Source: Bacilli bacterium (GTDB taxonomy: Bacteria > Bacillota_I > Bacilli_A > RFN20 > CAG-826). From it: DNA of 64,000 nucleotides. How positions within the stretch are numbered: position 1 is the first letter of the stretch; every line of letters begins with the position of its first letter. The position numbers and the translations under genes are program-made. A model generated the notes under the pieces. It had not been told where the DNA came from. It saw nothing but the letters and a program-made list of their open reading frames with translations, and ran no database searches. Location: NCBI GenBank assembly GCA_017447165.1, contig JAFSOD010000004.1, positions 653,903 to 717,902 of the forward strand, written 5' to 3'. Of this stretch, positions 19,319-28,845 are shown piece after piece.

Positions 19319-20305
19319 ATGGACAAAGAAAAACTTAACGAAAAAGAACTCGACGAAGTTCTAAAACAAATTCAAAAACAATTTGGTAAAGGCGCCGTAA
19401 TGAAACTCGGCGAAAGACCAAATGTGGAAGTATCCGTTATTCCAAGTGGATCATTACTTTTAGATGAGGCCCTTGGTGTTGGTGGATATCCAAAAGGTAG
19501 AATCATTGAAATATATGGTCCTGAAAGTAGCGGTAAGACTACTCTAGCTTTGCACGCTATTGCGGAGTGTCAAAAACAAGGTGGTAGAGCTGCCTTTATT
19601 GACGCCGAGCATGCTATTGACCCTGAATACTCAAAGAATTTAGGTGTTAATATTGATGAGCTAATCTTATCTCAACCAGATAGTGGTGAGCAGGCTCTAG
19701 AAATTGCGGAGATGCTTGCTAGTAGTGGAGCAATCGACTTATTAATTGTTGATAGTGTTGCTGCTTTAGTCCCACAAGCTGAACTAGATGGAGAAATGGG
19801 TGATAACTCAGTTGGTATGCAAGCTAGACTTATGTCTAAAGCGATGCGTAAGCTCGCAGGTACATTAAATAAAAATAACTGTACAATTATCTTTATTAAC
19901 CAATTAAGAGAAAAAGTTGGTGTGATGTACGGTAATCCAGAAACAACTTCAGGAGGAAGAGCCTTAAAATTCTATGCATCTATTAGATTAGATATTAGAA
20001 GAACAGAAGCTATTAAAACTGGTAGTGATGTAACTGGTAACACCTGCCGTATTAAAGTGGTGAAGAATAAAGTTGCTCCACCATTTAAACAATGTGAAAT
20101 TGATATTATCTATGGAAAAGGTATTTCTAAAGATAGTGAAATCTTAGACCGCGCTGTTGAATTAGGCCTAATTAAAAAGAGCGGAGCCTGGTTCGAATAT
20201 AATGGTAGCAAGATTGCTCAAGGTAGAGAAACTGCTAAAGAATACATCCATAGTAATGAAGATGTTAAAGAAGAATTATTAAAGGCTATTAAAGAAACTA
20301 AGTAG
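19319..20305 (+). CDS. recA: recombinase RecA
   Basis: 328 aa. Canonical RecA with Walker [11 protein letters not shown]1/L2 loops and C-terminal domain. Confidence 0.95.
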   Translation: MDKEKLNEKELDEVLKQIQKQFGKGAVMKLGERPNVEVSVIPSGSLLLDEALGVGGYPKGRIIEIYGPESSGKTTLALHAIAECQKQGGRAAFIDAEHAIDPEYSKNLGVNIDELILSQPDSGEQALEIAEMLASSGAIDLLIVDSVAALVPQAELDGEMGDNSVGMQARLMSKAMRKLAGTLNKNNCTIIFINQLREKVGVMYGNPETTSGGRALKFYASIRLDIRRTEAIKTGSDVTGNTCRIKVVKNKVAPPFKQCEIDIIYGKGISKDSEILDRAVELGLIKKSGAWFEYNGSKIAQGRETAKEYIHSNEDVKEELLKAIKETK

Positions 20306-20308
20306 TTA

Positions 20309-21907
20309 ATGAAAAAACTAAGACGTTTATTTACTTCTGGATTTCTGTTTACGGCGATATTTCTACTATTAGAAATTTTAATTGTCGTCTTCTTCGAGCT
20401 AGGTCTCGATACATATATCTTTGCCGAGATTATTTCTAGAAGACCAGAAGCATTAAATGTTCTTGTTATCATTAACCGAATCTTTAGTTGGACTAGAATT
20501 GCAGCATTTGCAATAGCAATAATTATCTTCTTTAGAGTTATTAACAAATTTGAAGATCCAGAGTTTAAAATCCCTTGGTTAGTGTTCTTATTCGTTTTCC
20601 CTGTTGCCTCTGTGGTGTTCTTCTTGATTTTTAAGAACCACGGGCTACCAAGAAAAGAAACTAAATACATCAGGGGTTTTTTAAATGAATTAGAGCCATA
20701 TTATGAAAAATACCGTTTAGAGTTTACTAAGTTAGAAGATGAACTTGGTAGGGCTAAAGGGGCGTTTGAATATATTTTAAATACCGCAAGAGTGGGTGCT
20801 TTTAAAAATAATAGAGTTACTTATTATCGAGTGGGAGATGATTTCTTCCCTGATTTAATTGAAGGATTAAAGAAAGCTAAAAAGTTTATCTTTATCGAAT
20901 TCTTTATTATTACTGATGGCAAACTCTGGAGTGAAGTTAAGGATATCCTTATTCAAAAAGCCCAAGAAGGTGTAAAAATTAAAATTGTTTATGATGATTT
21001 AGGAAGCAATGGCACCATTTCCAGTAGAACTCCAAAAAGATTAGCGAAGTACGGCATTAAATGCTGTAAGTTCCATCCACTTAGACCAATCTTATCTGGT
21101 GTTTACAATAACCGTGACCATAGAAAGATAGTGGTCATTGACCATCAAATGGCGTTCACTGGAGGGAACAACCTCGCTGATGAATACGCTAATATCATCA
21201 CCAGATTTGGACCCTGGAAAGATACAATGGTGAAGATTGAAGGAACAGCAATCTCTAATTTAATTACTACCTTTATTGAAAACTTTGATATCGCTAGTAA
21301 AGAAATAACACCTTTGTCACCTTATTTAGATTTCGATTATCCAGTATTTAATGATGAAGGTTTTGTCGCTCCATTTGGGGATGGTCCTGGATTCTACACT
21401 AATGATCACTTAATTGGTGAACAAAATTATATCAACATCATTAATTACGCGACTAAGAAAGTATATATTTCTACTCCATACTTAATTCCTACTTACCGCT
21501 TAATGGAAGCAATGAGAAATGCGGCGTTACGAGGAGTAGATGTGCATTTAATTGTTCCAGGAATTCCAGATAAAAAACTTGTTTATAAAGTTGCAAAATC
21601 ACACTTTAAAGTATTGTTAAAAGCTGGTGTCCATATTTATACATATACTCCTGGATTTAACCATATGAAGACCGCTTTGGCGGACGATGAATTAGGTTTT
21701 GTGGGTACGATTAACTTCGACTTTAGAAGTTTAGTCCATCACTTTGAATGTGGGGCTTTGTTATATAAGAACCCATGCATCAAAGAAATTAGTAATGATT
21801 TTAAAGATATGATTAATAAATCAGAGTTAGTCCCAGTTGATTTCAAACTCGGAATTGTTTCTAGATCTATATGTGGATTAATTAAAATAATTACTCCGCT
21901 ATTATAA
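20309..21907 (+). CDS. cls: cardiolipin synthase (PLD superfamily)
   Basis: 532 aa. Two N-terminal TM helices and two HKD motifs (HRKIVVIDH....GGNN and HMKTALADDELGFVGTINFD). Confidence 0.85.
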   Translation: MKKLRRLFTSGFLFTAIFLLLEILIVVFFELGLDTYIFAEIISRRPEALNVLVIINRIFSWTRIAAFAIAIIIFFRVINKFEDPEFKIPWLVFLFVFPVASVVFFLIFKNHGLPRKETKYIRGFLNELEPYYEKYRLEFTKLEDELGRAKGAFEYILNTARVGAFKNNRVTYYRVGDDFFPDLIEGLKKAKKFIFIEFFIITDGKLWSEVKDILIQKAQEGVKIKIVYDDLGSNGTISSRTPKRLAKYGIKCCKFHPLRPILSGVYNNRDHRKIVVIDHQMAFTGGNNLADEYANIITRFGPWKDTMVKIEGTAISNLITTFIENFDIASKEITPLSPYLDFDYPVFNDEGFVAPFGDGPGFYTNDHLIGEQNYINIINYATKKVYISTPYLIPTYRLMEAMRNAALRGVDVHLIVPGIPDKKLVYKVAKSHFKVLLKAGVHIYTYTPGFNHMKTALADDELGFVGTINFDFRSLVHHFECGALLYKNPCIKEISNDFKDMINKSELVPVDFKLGIVSRSICGLIKIITPLL

Positions 21908-22118
21908 TTTTTATAAATTATTCTTTCCTATAAATAGATAATTCATTTATAATGTTTTCGTACCTGCGGAAGGTACTTACCTATAGATTCTCCAACGAGA
22001 AAAGATTTATCAGGGCTCGCCCTGTTACATAATAAAGATCATACTTATAGCATTATTTTAAGTTGATTTAGGTAAATAGTCTTTTGACTATATATTTATA
22101 TTAGAAAGGATTTATCCC

Positions 22119-23690
22119 ATGCACATTTTAAGTGGATTCACGGAAATTGGTTTACCAATTATCTGTGCTGTTGCTGGTTTACTTGTTGGTGCGGCGATTG
22201 TTTTCTTTGTTCCATTTTTTAAGAATAAAAGAGATCAAAACAAAGCCGGCAAAATTGTTCGTGAAGCAGAAATTAAAGCAGAACATATTGTCAAAAACGC
22301 CCAATTAGACGGTAAACAAGTTGTTAATGAAATGAAGATTGAAGCGGACAAAGAAATCAAAGAAAGAAAGTTGGAATTATCCGCTCAAGAAAAACAATTA
22401 TTCCAACGTGAACAAAACATCGATAGAAGAGACGCTGCTCTTATTCAAAAGGAGAATACTCTTGATGAAAAGAACGAAACTCTTAACCGTCGACTAAAAG
22501 ATGTTGATAAGAAAGAAGCTTCCTTACAAGAGAAGATTGATTCTATTATCGTTGAACTTGAAAAGGTCGCTCAAATGTCAACTCAAGAAGCTAAAGACGA
22601 ACTTTTCAAGAGAGTGGAATCTAAAGTTTCTAGAGAAATTGCTTCTTATATCAAAAACAAAGAAGAAGAAGCTAAAGATCAAGTGGTTGCTAAAGCCCAA
22701 GAAATGCTTGTACAAGCAATGTCTAAATATGCTCAAGAAACCACCATTGAAAAGACTGTCTCTGTTGTTGCCCTTCCTAACGACGAAATGAAAGGAAGAA
22801 TTATTGGTAGAGAAGGTCGTAACATTCGTACTTTAGAAACACTTTTAGGTGTTGATTTAATTATTGATGATACTCCTGAAGTTATTACTGTTTCTTGCTT
22901 TAACCCTGTTAGAAGAGAAATTGCTAGAATGTCTTTAGAGATGCTCATTAAAGACGGCAGAATTCAGCCAGGCAGAATTGAAGAAATTGTTGAGAAATGT
23001 AAACAAGAAGTCGAAGAAAATATCCATAAGACTGGTCAAGATGTGGCCTTTAAACTTGGCTTACCAAGAATTAATAAAGAACTCTTAGATTATGTTGGTC
23101 GATTAAAATATCGTACCTCCTATGGACAAAACGCTTTAGAACACTCTATTGAAGTTGCTTATTTAGCAGGTTCTATGGCTGCTGAACTTGGTTTAGACCA
23201 AAACTTAGCTAAACGCGCTGGCTTACTTCACGATATTGGTAAGGCTATCGACTATGAAACTGATGGTAGCCACGTTGAAGTTGGTGCTAGACTTGCTAAA
23301 AAATACGGGGAAGGCGATGTTGTTATTAATGCGATTGAGTCTCACCATGGAGATGTTCCAGCTAAATATGTGATCTCTCACTTAGTTCAAGCTGCTGATA
23401 CTTTAAGTGCTGCTAGACCAGGCGCTAGAAGTGAAATGCTTGAAAACTATATTCAAAGAATTGAAAAACTCGAAGAGATTTGTAAATCCTATGATAGTGT
23501 CTATCAATCATATGCGATGCAATCTGGTAGAGAATTAAGAGTTATGGTCATTCCTGATAAGATTGATGATATCGGTGCTTTTAAACTCGCAAGAGAAATT
23601 AAAGAACGTATCGAAAATGAAATGACTTATCCAGGACAAATTAAAGTTTCCGTCATTCGTGAATATCGTGCGATTGAAACTGCGAAGTAA
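22119..23690 (+). CDS. rny: ribonuclease Y
   Basis: 523 aa. N-terminal TM, coiled-coil, KH domain (GRIIGREGRNIR), HD domain (HSIEVA...LLHDIGK). rny-ymdB synteny. Confidence 0.9.
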   Translation: MHILSGFTEIGLPIICAVAGLLVGAAIVFFVPFFKNKRDQNKAGKIVREAEIKAEHIVKNAQLDGKQVVNEMKIEADKEIKERKLELSAQEKQLFQREQNIDRRDAALIQKENTLDEKNETLNRRLKDVDKKEASLQEKIDSIIVELEKVAQMSTQEAKDELFKRVESKVSREIASYIKNKEEEAKDQVVAKAQEMLVQAMSKYAQETTIEKTVSVVALPNDEMKGRIIGREGRNIRTLETLLGVDLIIDDTPEVITVSCFNPVRREIARMSLEMLIKDGRIQPGRIEEIVEKCKQEVEENIHKTGQDVAFKLGLPRINKELLDYVGRLKYRTSYGQNALEHSIEVAYLAGSMAAELGLDQNLAKRAGLLHDIGKAIDYETDGSHVEVGARLAKKYGEGDVVINAIESHHGDVPAKYVISHLVQAADTLSAARPGARSEMLENYIQRIEKLEEICKSYDSVYQSYAMQSGRELRVMVIPDKIDDIGAFKLAREIKERIENEMTYPGQIKVSVIREYRAIETAK

Positions 23691-23712
23691 TTACTTCTAG
23701 AAAAGAGTTAAT

Positions 23713-24498
23713 TTGAAAATTTTATTTATTGGTGACATCGTCGGCAAAATTGGCCGACGTGTCATTAAAAGTCACTTACAAACCTTTGTGGATAAATATC
23801 ATATTGATTTCGTTATCGCTAACGGAGAAAATGTGACACATGGTAAAGGATTGTTAGGACATCATTATTTAGAATTAATTGATAGTGGTATTGATGCGAT
23901 TACCTTAGGTAATCACTACGATAGTAAAAACGACTTACGCAAGTATATTGATACCACTGACAGACTAATTAGACCGCTTAATCTACTTCACCCGTATCCA
24001 GGAGAAGGAAGCATCGTCTACGAATTAAACGGCGTCACTATTAGAGTTACTAATGTTCTTGGCTCAGTCTTCATGAACGAAGAAGTGAATAACCCTTATT
24101 ATTCCTTAATTGAATTAATTAATAATAAGGAAAAAGCAGACATCCATATTGTAGACTTCCATGCGGAGGCTACTGGAGAAAAGCTTTGCCTAGCATTTGC
24201 TTTAGACGGCAAGGTCTCAGCAGTACTAGGCACTCACACCCACGTACAAACTAAGGATTATAAAATATTAGAAGGTGGAACAGCCTATATCTCTGATGTC
24301 GGAATGACTGGTTATGCAGATGGCGCGCTAGGTTTTGATCAAAACACTGTGGTTAATAAAATCATATATGGAGAACAATCTCGATTCGATCTTCCTAACG
24401 AAGGCAGAGGCTTATTCTCCGCAGTAGTGCTTGATATTGATGACTTAACTGGTAAATGTAAAGAAATATTCCCAATCTATTATTTAGAAGAGAAATAA
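23713..24498 (+). CDS. ymdB: YmdB-family 2',3'-cyclic-nucleotide phosphodiesterase (calcineurin-like)
   Basis: 261 aa. MKILFIGDIVG...NGEN..HG.G metallophosphoesterase motifs. TTG start. Follows rny as in B. subtilis. Confidence 0.8.
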   Translation: MKILFIGDIVGKIGRRVIKSHLQTFVDKYHIDFVIANGENVTHGKGLLGHHYLELIDSGIDAITLGNHYDSKNDLRKYIDTTDRLIRPLNLLHPYPGEGSIVYELNGVTIRVTNVLGSVFMNEEVNNPYYSLIELINNKEKADIHIVDFHAEATGEKLCLAFALDGKVSAVLGTHTHVQTKDYKILEGGTAYISDVGMTGYADGALGFDQNTVVNKIIYGEQSRFDLPNEGRGLFSAVVLDIDDLTGKCKEIFPIYYLEEK

Positions 24499-24499
24499 G

Positions 24500-25939
24500 A
24501 TGAAAACAAAGATTATTAATTACCCAAATTTAAATGATGCTAAGTCTAGAGTAAAATCTGAGACTGAGTTTTTAGTATATTCTCCTATTCGTCTTGAAGA
24601 GATGAAAGAATTAGGAAAAGGGAAGAAATATTATATTCACACTTTTGGATGTCAGGCTAATATCCGTGATGAGGAGACTATGAGAGGAATGTTAGAGTCT
24701 TCTAACTTTACTCAAACTAGTGAGCCTAGCGAGGCTGACGTCATCATTATTAATACCTGCGCAGTTAGAGAGAACGCTGAAGATAAAGTTTATGGTGATA
24801 TTGGTAATTTAAAGAAGTACCGTAAGATTAATAAAAAACTTGTTTTAGGGATTTGTGGATGCATGGTTGAACAACCAGAAATCTTAGATATTTTAATTAG
24901 CAAATTCCCTGAAGCTAATCTTTATTTTGGCACTCATGAAATTGACCAATTATTAGACTTAATTTACGAAACGTATCATAACGATATTAGGTTAATTGCG
25001 ATTAAGTCTAAACAAGGTGAAGTTGTCGAAAATAAAAACGTATCTAGAAATAATGAATTTAAAGCGTATGTGAACATTATTTACGGCTGTAATAAGTTCT
25101 GTACGTACTGTATTGTTCCGTATACTAGGGGCAAAGAAAGAAGTAGACACTTTGCCGATATCATGGATGAAGTTAGAGAGCTTAAAAAAGCTGGTTATCA
25201 AGAGATTACTTTCTTAGGCCAAAACGTTAATGCGTATGGCAAGGATCTTGATGAAGGTCATGACTTCGCTGATGTACTTGAAGAAGCAGCCAAAATGGGT
25301 ATCCCTAGAATCAGGTTCACAACTTCTCATCCTTGGGATTTCTCCAGCAAAATGATAGAAATTATTGCGAAATACGATAACATCATGAAGTGTATTCACC
25401 TTCCTGTTCAGTCTGGAAGCACAGAAGTTTTACGCCTCATGGGAAGACGATATACAAGAGAACATTATCTTGCTTTAGTTAATGAGATGAGAAATAAGAT
25501 TCCTGGCTTATCTTTATCTACTGATATTATTGTGGGCTTCCCTAATGAAACTGAAGAACAATTTAATGAGACCCTTACCCTTGTTGATGAGGTGAAATAC
25601 GAGTCTGCATTTACTTTCATTTATTCCCCAAGAAGAGGAACACCTGCTGCAAAAATAGAAGACAATGTAAGCTATGCTGATAAAAGCAAAAGATTCAAAG
25701 AGCTTGTTAAGCATTTGGAGGTTAACATTGAAAAAGATTCTAAATCCTATATTGGTGGGGTTTATAAAGTTTTAATTGATGGAGTTAGTAAGACAGATAA
25801 AAATATGCTTTCTGGTTATACTGAATCTAATAAACTTGTCCACTTTAAAGGCGATGAATCTTTAGTTGGAAAAATCGTTAACGTTAAGATATTAGAAAGT
25901 CATACTTATTCATTAATTGGAGAAATAGTGGATGAATGA
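24500..25939 (+). CDS. miaB: tRNA-2-methylthio-N6-dimethylallyladenosine synthase MiaB (radical SAM)
   Basis: 479 aa. UPF0004 N-domain with 3 Cys, radical-SAM CxxxCxxC (CNKFCTYC), TRAM C-terminal domain. Confidence 0.85.
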   Translation: MKTKIINYPNLNDAKSRVKSETEFLVYSPIRLEEMKELGKGKKYYIHTFGCQANIRDEETMRGMLESSNFTQTSEPSEADVIIINTCAVRENAEDKVYGDIGNLKKYRKINKKLVLGICGCMVEQPEILDILISKFPEANLYFGTHEIDQLLDLIYETYHNDIRLIAIKSKQGEVVENKNVSRNNEFKAYVNIIYGCNKFCTYCIVPYTRGKERSRHFADIMDEVRELKKAGYQEITFLGQNVNAYGKDLDEGHDFADVLEEAAKMGIPRIRFTTSHPWDFSSKMIEIIAKYDNIMKCIHLPVQSGSTEVLRLMGRRYTREHYLALVNEMRNKIPGLSLSTDIIVGFPNETEEQFNETLTLVDEVKYESAFTFIYSPRRGTPAAKIEDNVSYADKSKRFKELVKHLEVNIEKDSKSYIGGVYKVLIDGVSKTDKNMLSGYTESNKLVHFKGDESLVGKIVNVKILESHTYSLIGEIVDE

Positions 25940-26213
25940 AACGCTTGAACTCGCCAAAGAGTTAAAAGAAGAAATTCATAAAGATACATTAATTGTAGAA
26001 TATCTAAGGGTGAAAAAGCTTTATGAATCGAATAATGAGATTAATGAGTTAAAGAAAGATATTGCTTTAGCAAAAGCTCATCATAAGGATGAATTACACA
26101 AAGATCTATTAGCCAAATATAATGCTCACCCTTTAGTGGTTAACTACAACTATCTTAAAGAAGAAGTGAGTAACTATTTAATCGAGATCAGTAAAATCGT
26201 AAATAAGAAGTGA
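25932..26213 (+). CDS. YmcA/YlbF-family protein (RicA-like)
   Basis: 93 aa, all-helical with YlbF/YmcA-like heptads. Overlaps the miaB stop by 8 nt. Follows ymcB(miaB) as ymcA does in B. subtilis. Confidence 0.5.
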   Translation: MNETLELAKELKEEIHKDTLIVEYLRVKKLYESNNEINELKKDIALAKAHHKDELHKDLLAKYNAHPLVVNYNYLKEEVSNYLIEISKIVNKK

Positions 26214-26248
26214 TTGATTTCACTTCTTTTTTATTTATAATAATCTCA

Positions 26249-27121
26249 ATGATTTACGTAATAATGGGTCCAACTTGTTCTGGAAAAACTGAACTCGCTA
26301 ATTATCTTTTGGATAAGTTACATTGCGAAGCGATTAATTTTGATGCATTTCAAATTTATAAAGATATGAATATTGGTACCGCAAAGATTGATAAGAGCGA
26401 CCCACACTATTACAAATATCATCTCTTAGATATCAAAAGACCTGACGAAACATTCTCAGTAATGGAGTTTCAAGAGTTATGTCGAAAAGAATTATCTAAT
26501 TTATTGGATAAATATGATGATGTCGTTCTTGTTGGTGGTACTGGCTTATATGTTAGAGCAGCCCTATATGATTATAGCTTTGAAAAAGAAGAAGTTCCTG
26601 TTGATGAGGATTTAGAAAAGTTAACTAATGAAGAACTTCATAAACTTTTAAAAGAATTAGATCTTGAGGAAAGTAAAAAGATCCACGTTAATAATCGTAA
26701 ACGTTTATTAAGAGCCATTTCACTAATCCGCCACTCTAACAAAAAGAAAACTGAAATCTTAAAAGAGCAGGAACATAAGCCAATATATAAAGACATTAGA
26801 TTCATCTACTTATCTCCTGATCGAGAAGAATTATATGACCGCATTGATAAAAGAGTATTATCAATGATGGAAAACGGTCTTATAGATGAAGTAAAATACT
26901 TGCTAGATAACTATAATTTATCTCTTACAGCTAGACAAGGAATTGGTTATAAAGAAGTTATTGATTATCTAGAAAATAAGACAAAATATGCGTGCTGCGT
27001 CGAGTTAATTCAAAAAAGAACGAGAAATTACGCGAAACGACAAGTGACATTTTTCAAGAATCAATTCGATCCAGAAACTTATAAAAATATTGGAGACGCT
27101 AAAAAAGGATTGGGGGTCTAA
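26249..27121 (+). CDS. miaA: tRNA dimethylallyltransferase MiaA
   Basis: P-loop GPTCSGKT near the N-terminus plus MiaA core. Start ambiguous: GTG 26210 (track), ATG 26249 or ATG 26264. Confidence 0.85.
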   Translation: MIYVIMGPTCSGKTELANYLLDKLHCEAINFDAFQIYKDMNIGTAKIDKSDPHYYKYHLLDIKRPDETFSVMEFQELCRKELSNLLDKYDDVVLVGGTGLYVRAALYDYSFEKEEVPVDEDLEKLTNEELHKLLKELDLEESKKIHVNNRKRLLRAISLIRHSNKKKTEILKEQEHKPIYKDIRFIYLSPDREELYDRIDKRVLSMMENGLIDEVKYLLDNYNLSLTARQGIGYKEVIDYLENKTKYACCVELIQKRTRNYAKRQVTFFKNQFDPETYKNIGDAKKGLGV

Positions 27122-27123
27122 TT

Positions 27124-28728
27124 ATGAGAAATATTTATGATGTTGCAAGTGAAGCCGGAATTAAAAAAGACTATGTAATTCCATATGGCTTAGATAAGGC
27201 AAAAATTGATTTAAGAATTAATGAAGAATTAATAGACAAATCTAATGGAAAATTAGTTTTAGTTACAGCGATTACTCCTACTAAAGCTGGAGAAGGTAAA
27301 ACAACTACCTCTATTGCCTTAACTGATGGCTTACATAAGATTGGTGTAAACTCTTTACTTTGTTTAAGAGAACCTTCTTTAGGACCAGTATTTGGTTTAA
27401 AAGGTGGTGCTACAGGTGGAGGACTTGCTAGTGTAATTCCTTCTGAAGATATCAATCTTCACTTTACAGGAGATATGCATGCTTTAACCAGTTCTATAAA
27501 TTTAATCTCTGCGGTTATTGATAACCATATCTTCCAAGGGAACGAATTAAGAATCGATCCTTCTAGAATCTTATGGAAGAGAGCTCTCGATATGAATGAT
27601 CGTGCTTTAAGAAGTGTGACTGTTAATCAAGACGAAAAAAAGAGCGCTCCTCGACATGATGAATTTGTCATTACTGTTGCTAGTGAGATGATGGCTATTC
27701 TCTGTTTATCACGCGATGAGCAAGACTTTATCAACCGTATTAAACAAATAGTGGTAGCCTATGATTTAGATGGAAAACCTGTCAAATTAGAGGCTTTAAG
27801 AATCTCTAATGCTATTTATAAGTTAATGAAAAACGCTTTCAATCCTAATTTAGTTCAAACCTTAGAAGGTAACCCATGTATTATTCATGGTGGGCCATTT
27901 GCGAATATCGCTCATGGATGTAACTCTATAATTGCTACTAAGTTAGCCTTAAAACTCGCCCCTATTGTGGTTACTGAGGCCGGCTTTGGTGCTGATTTAG
28001 GCGCCGAGAAATTCTTAGATATTAAATGTAGAGTTGCCAACATTAAACCGGACGCTGTGGTAATGGTGGCCACTATTAGAGCGCTTAAACTCCATGGAGG
28101 AGTTAAATTTGAAGAATTAGACAACGAAAATATTGAAGCGTTAAGAATTGGATTTGCCAATTTAAAACGTCATATGGAAAACATTGCTAAATATGATGTT
28201 CCTACTGTTATTTGCGTAAACCATTTCTCGAGTGATACCGAAAGAGAAACAGAAGAATTAATTAAGTTCTGTTCTGATAATCATTACGAAGTTGCATTCT
28301 GTGATGCCTTCTCTAGAGGTGGAATGGGTGCTGTTGATTTAGCTAACAAGGTCTTAGAAACCTTAGCGACTAAAGAAAGCTATTATCATCCTTTATATGA
28401 ATTAAATAATTCATTACAAGATAAGATCAATTCAGTCTGCAAAGAAATTTATAGATGTAGAGATGTTATCTATTCTGAAGAAGCGCTTAAACAAATCGCA
28501 GAATTTGAAGCTCAAGGATATAGAAATCTTCCTGTTTGTATCGCTAAGACTCCATTATCATTTACTGATAACGCAAAAATCTTAAATGCTCCTGATGATT
28601 TCGATATTACAATTCGAGAAATTCGCTTATCCGCTGGTGCTGGATTTGTGGTAGCGTTGACTGGTTCGATAATGACTATGCCTGGCTTACCTAAAGTTCC
28701 TGCAGCAGTAAAAATGGAAGATGAATAA
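27124..28728 (+). CDS. fhs: formate--tetrahydrofolate ligase
   Basis: 534 aa. Conserved FTHFS blocks (PTKAGEGKTTT, LCLREPSLGPVFGLKGGA, AITEAGFGADLG). Confidence 0.9.
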   Translation: MRNIYDVASEAGIKKDYVIPYGLDKAKIDLRINEELIDKSNGKLVLVTAITPTKAGEGKTTTSIALTDGLHKIGVNSLLCLREPSLGPVFGLKGGATGGGLASVIPSEDINLHFTGDMHALTSSINLISAVIDNHIFQGNELRIDPSRILWKRALDMNDRALRSVTVNQDEKKSAPRHDEFVITVASEMMAILCLSRDEQDFINRIKQIVVAYDLDGKPVKLEALRISNAIYKLMKNAFNPNLVQTLEGNPCIIHGGPFANIAHGCNSIIATKLALKLAPIVVTEAGFGADLGAEKFLDIKCRVANIKPDAVVMVATIRALKLHGGVKFEELDNENIEALRIGFANLKRHMENIAKYDVPTVICVNHFSSDTERETEELIKFCSDNHYEVAFCDAFSRGGMGAVDLANKVLETLATKESYYHPLYELNNSLQDKINSVCKEIYRCRDVIYSEEALKQIAEFEAQGYRNLPVCIAKTPLSFTDNAKILNAPDDFDITIREIRLSAGAGFVVALTGSIMTMPGLPKVPAAVKMEDE

Positions 28729-28791
28729 TAATATTTAAATATGCGACCTGCTATGCCGGTCATTTATTTTGTTTAAAAACTTTTTTAAAAA

Positions 28792-28840
28792 TTTTTCACA
28801 AGTTTTCGATTTTTTGCCGTCTTTATATATATAGGAGGGC
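28792..28840 (+). promoter_or_regulatory. conserved ~50-nt upstream element (copy 2, before ABC fusion gene)
   Basis: TTTTTCACAAGTTTTCGATTTTTTGCCGTCTTTATATATATAGGAGGGC. About 42/49 identical to 19262-19310. The A7 run is replaced by T6G. Confidence 0.4.
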
Positions 28841-28845
28841 AATTT

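Noticed and set aside
22501-22791. 96-aa Lys/Leu-rich ORF and the 22733..22948 minus ORF
   Set aside because: Alternative frames inside rny, whose K/E-rich coiled-coil region generates long spurious frames.
28741-28790. Possible terminator after fhs (GACC..GGTC)
   Set aside because: Only a 4-bp stem with a large loop. Too weak to call.
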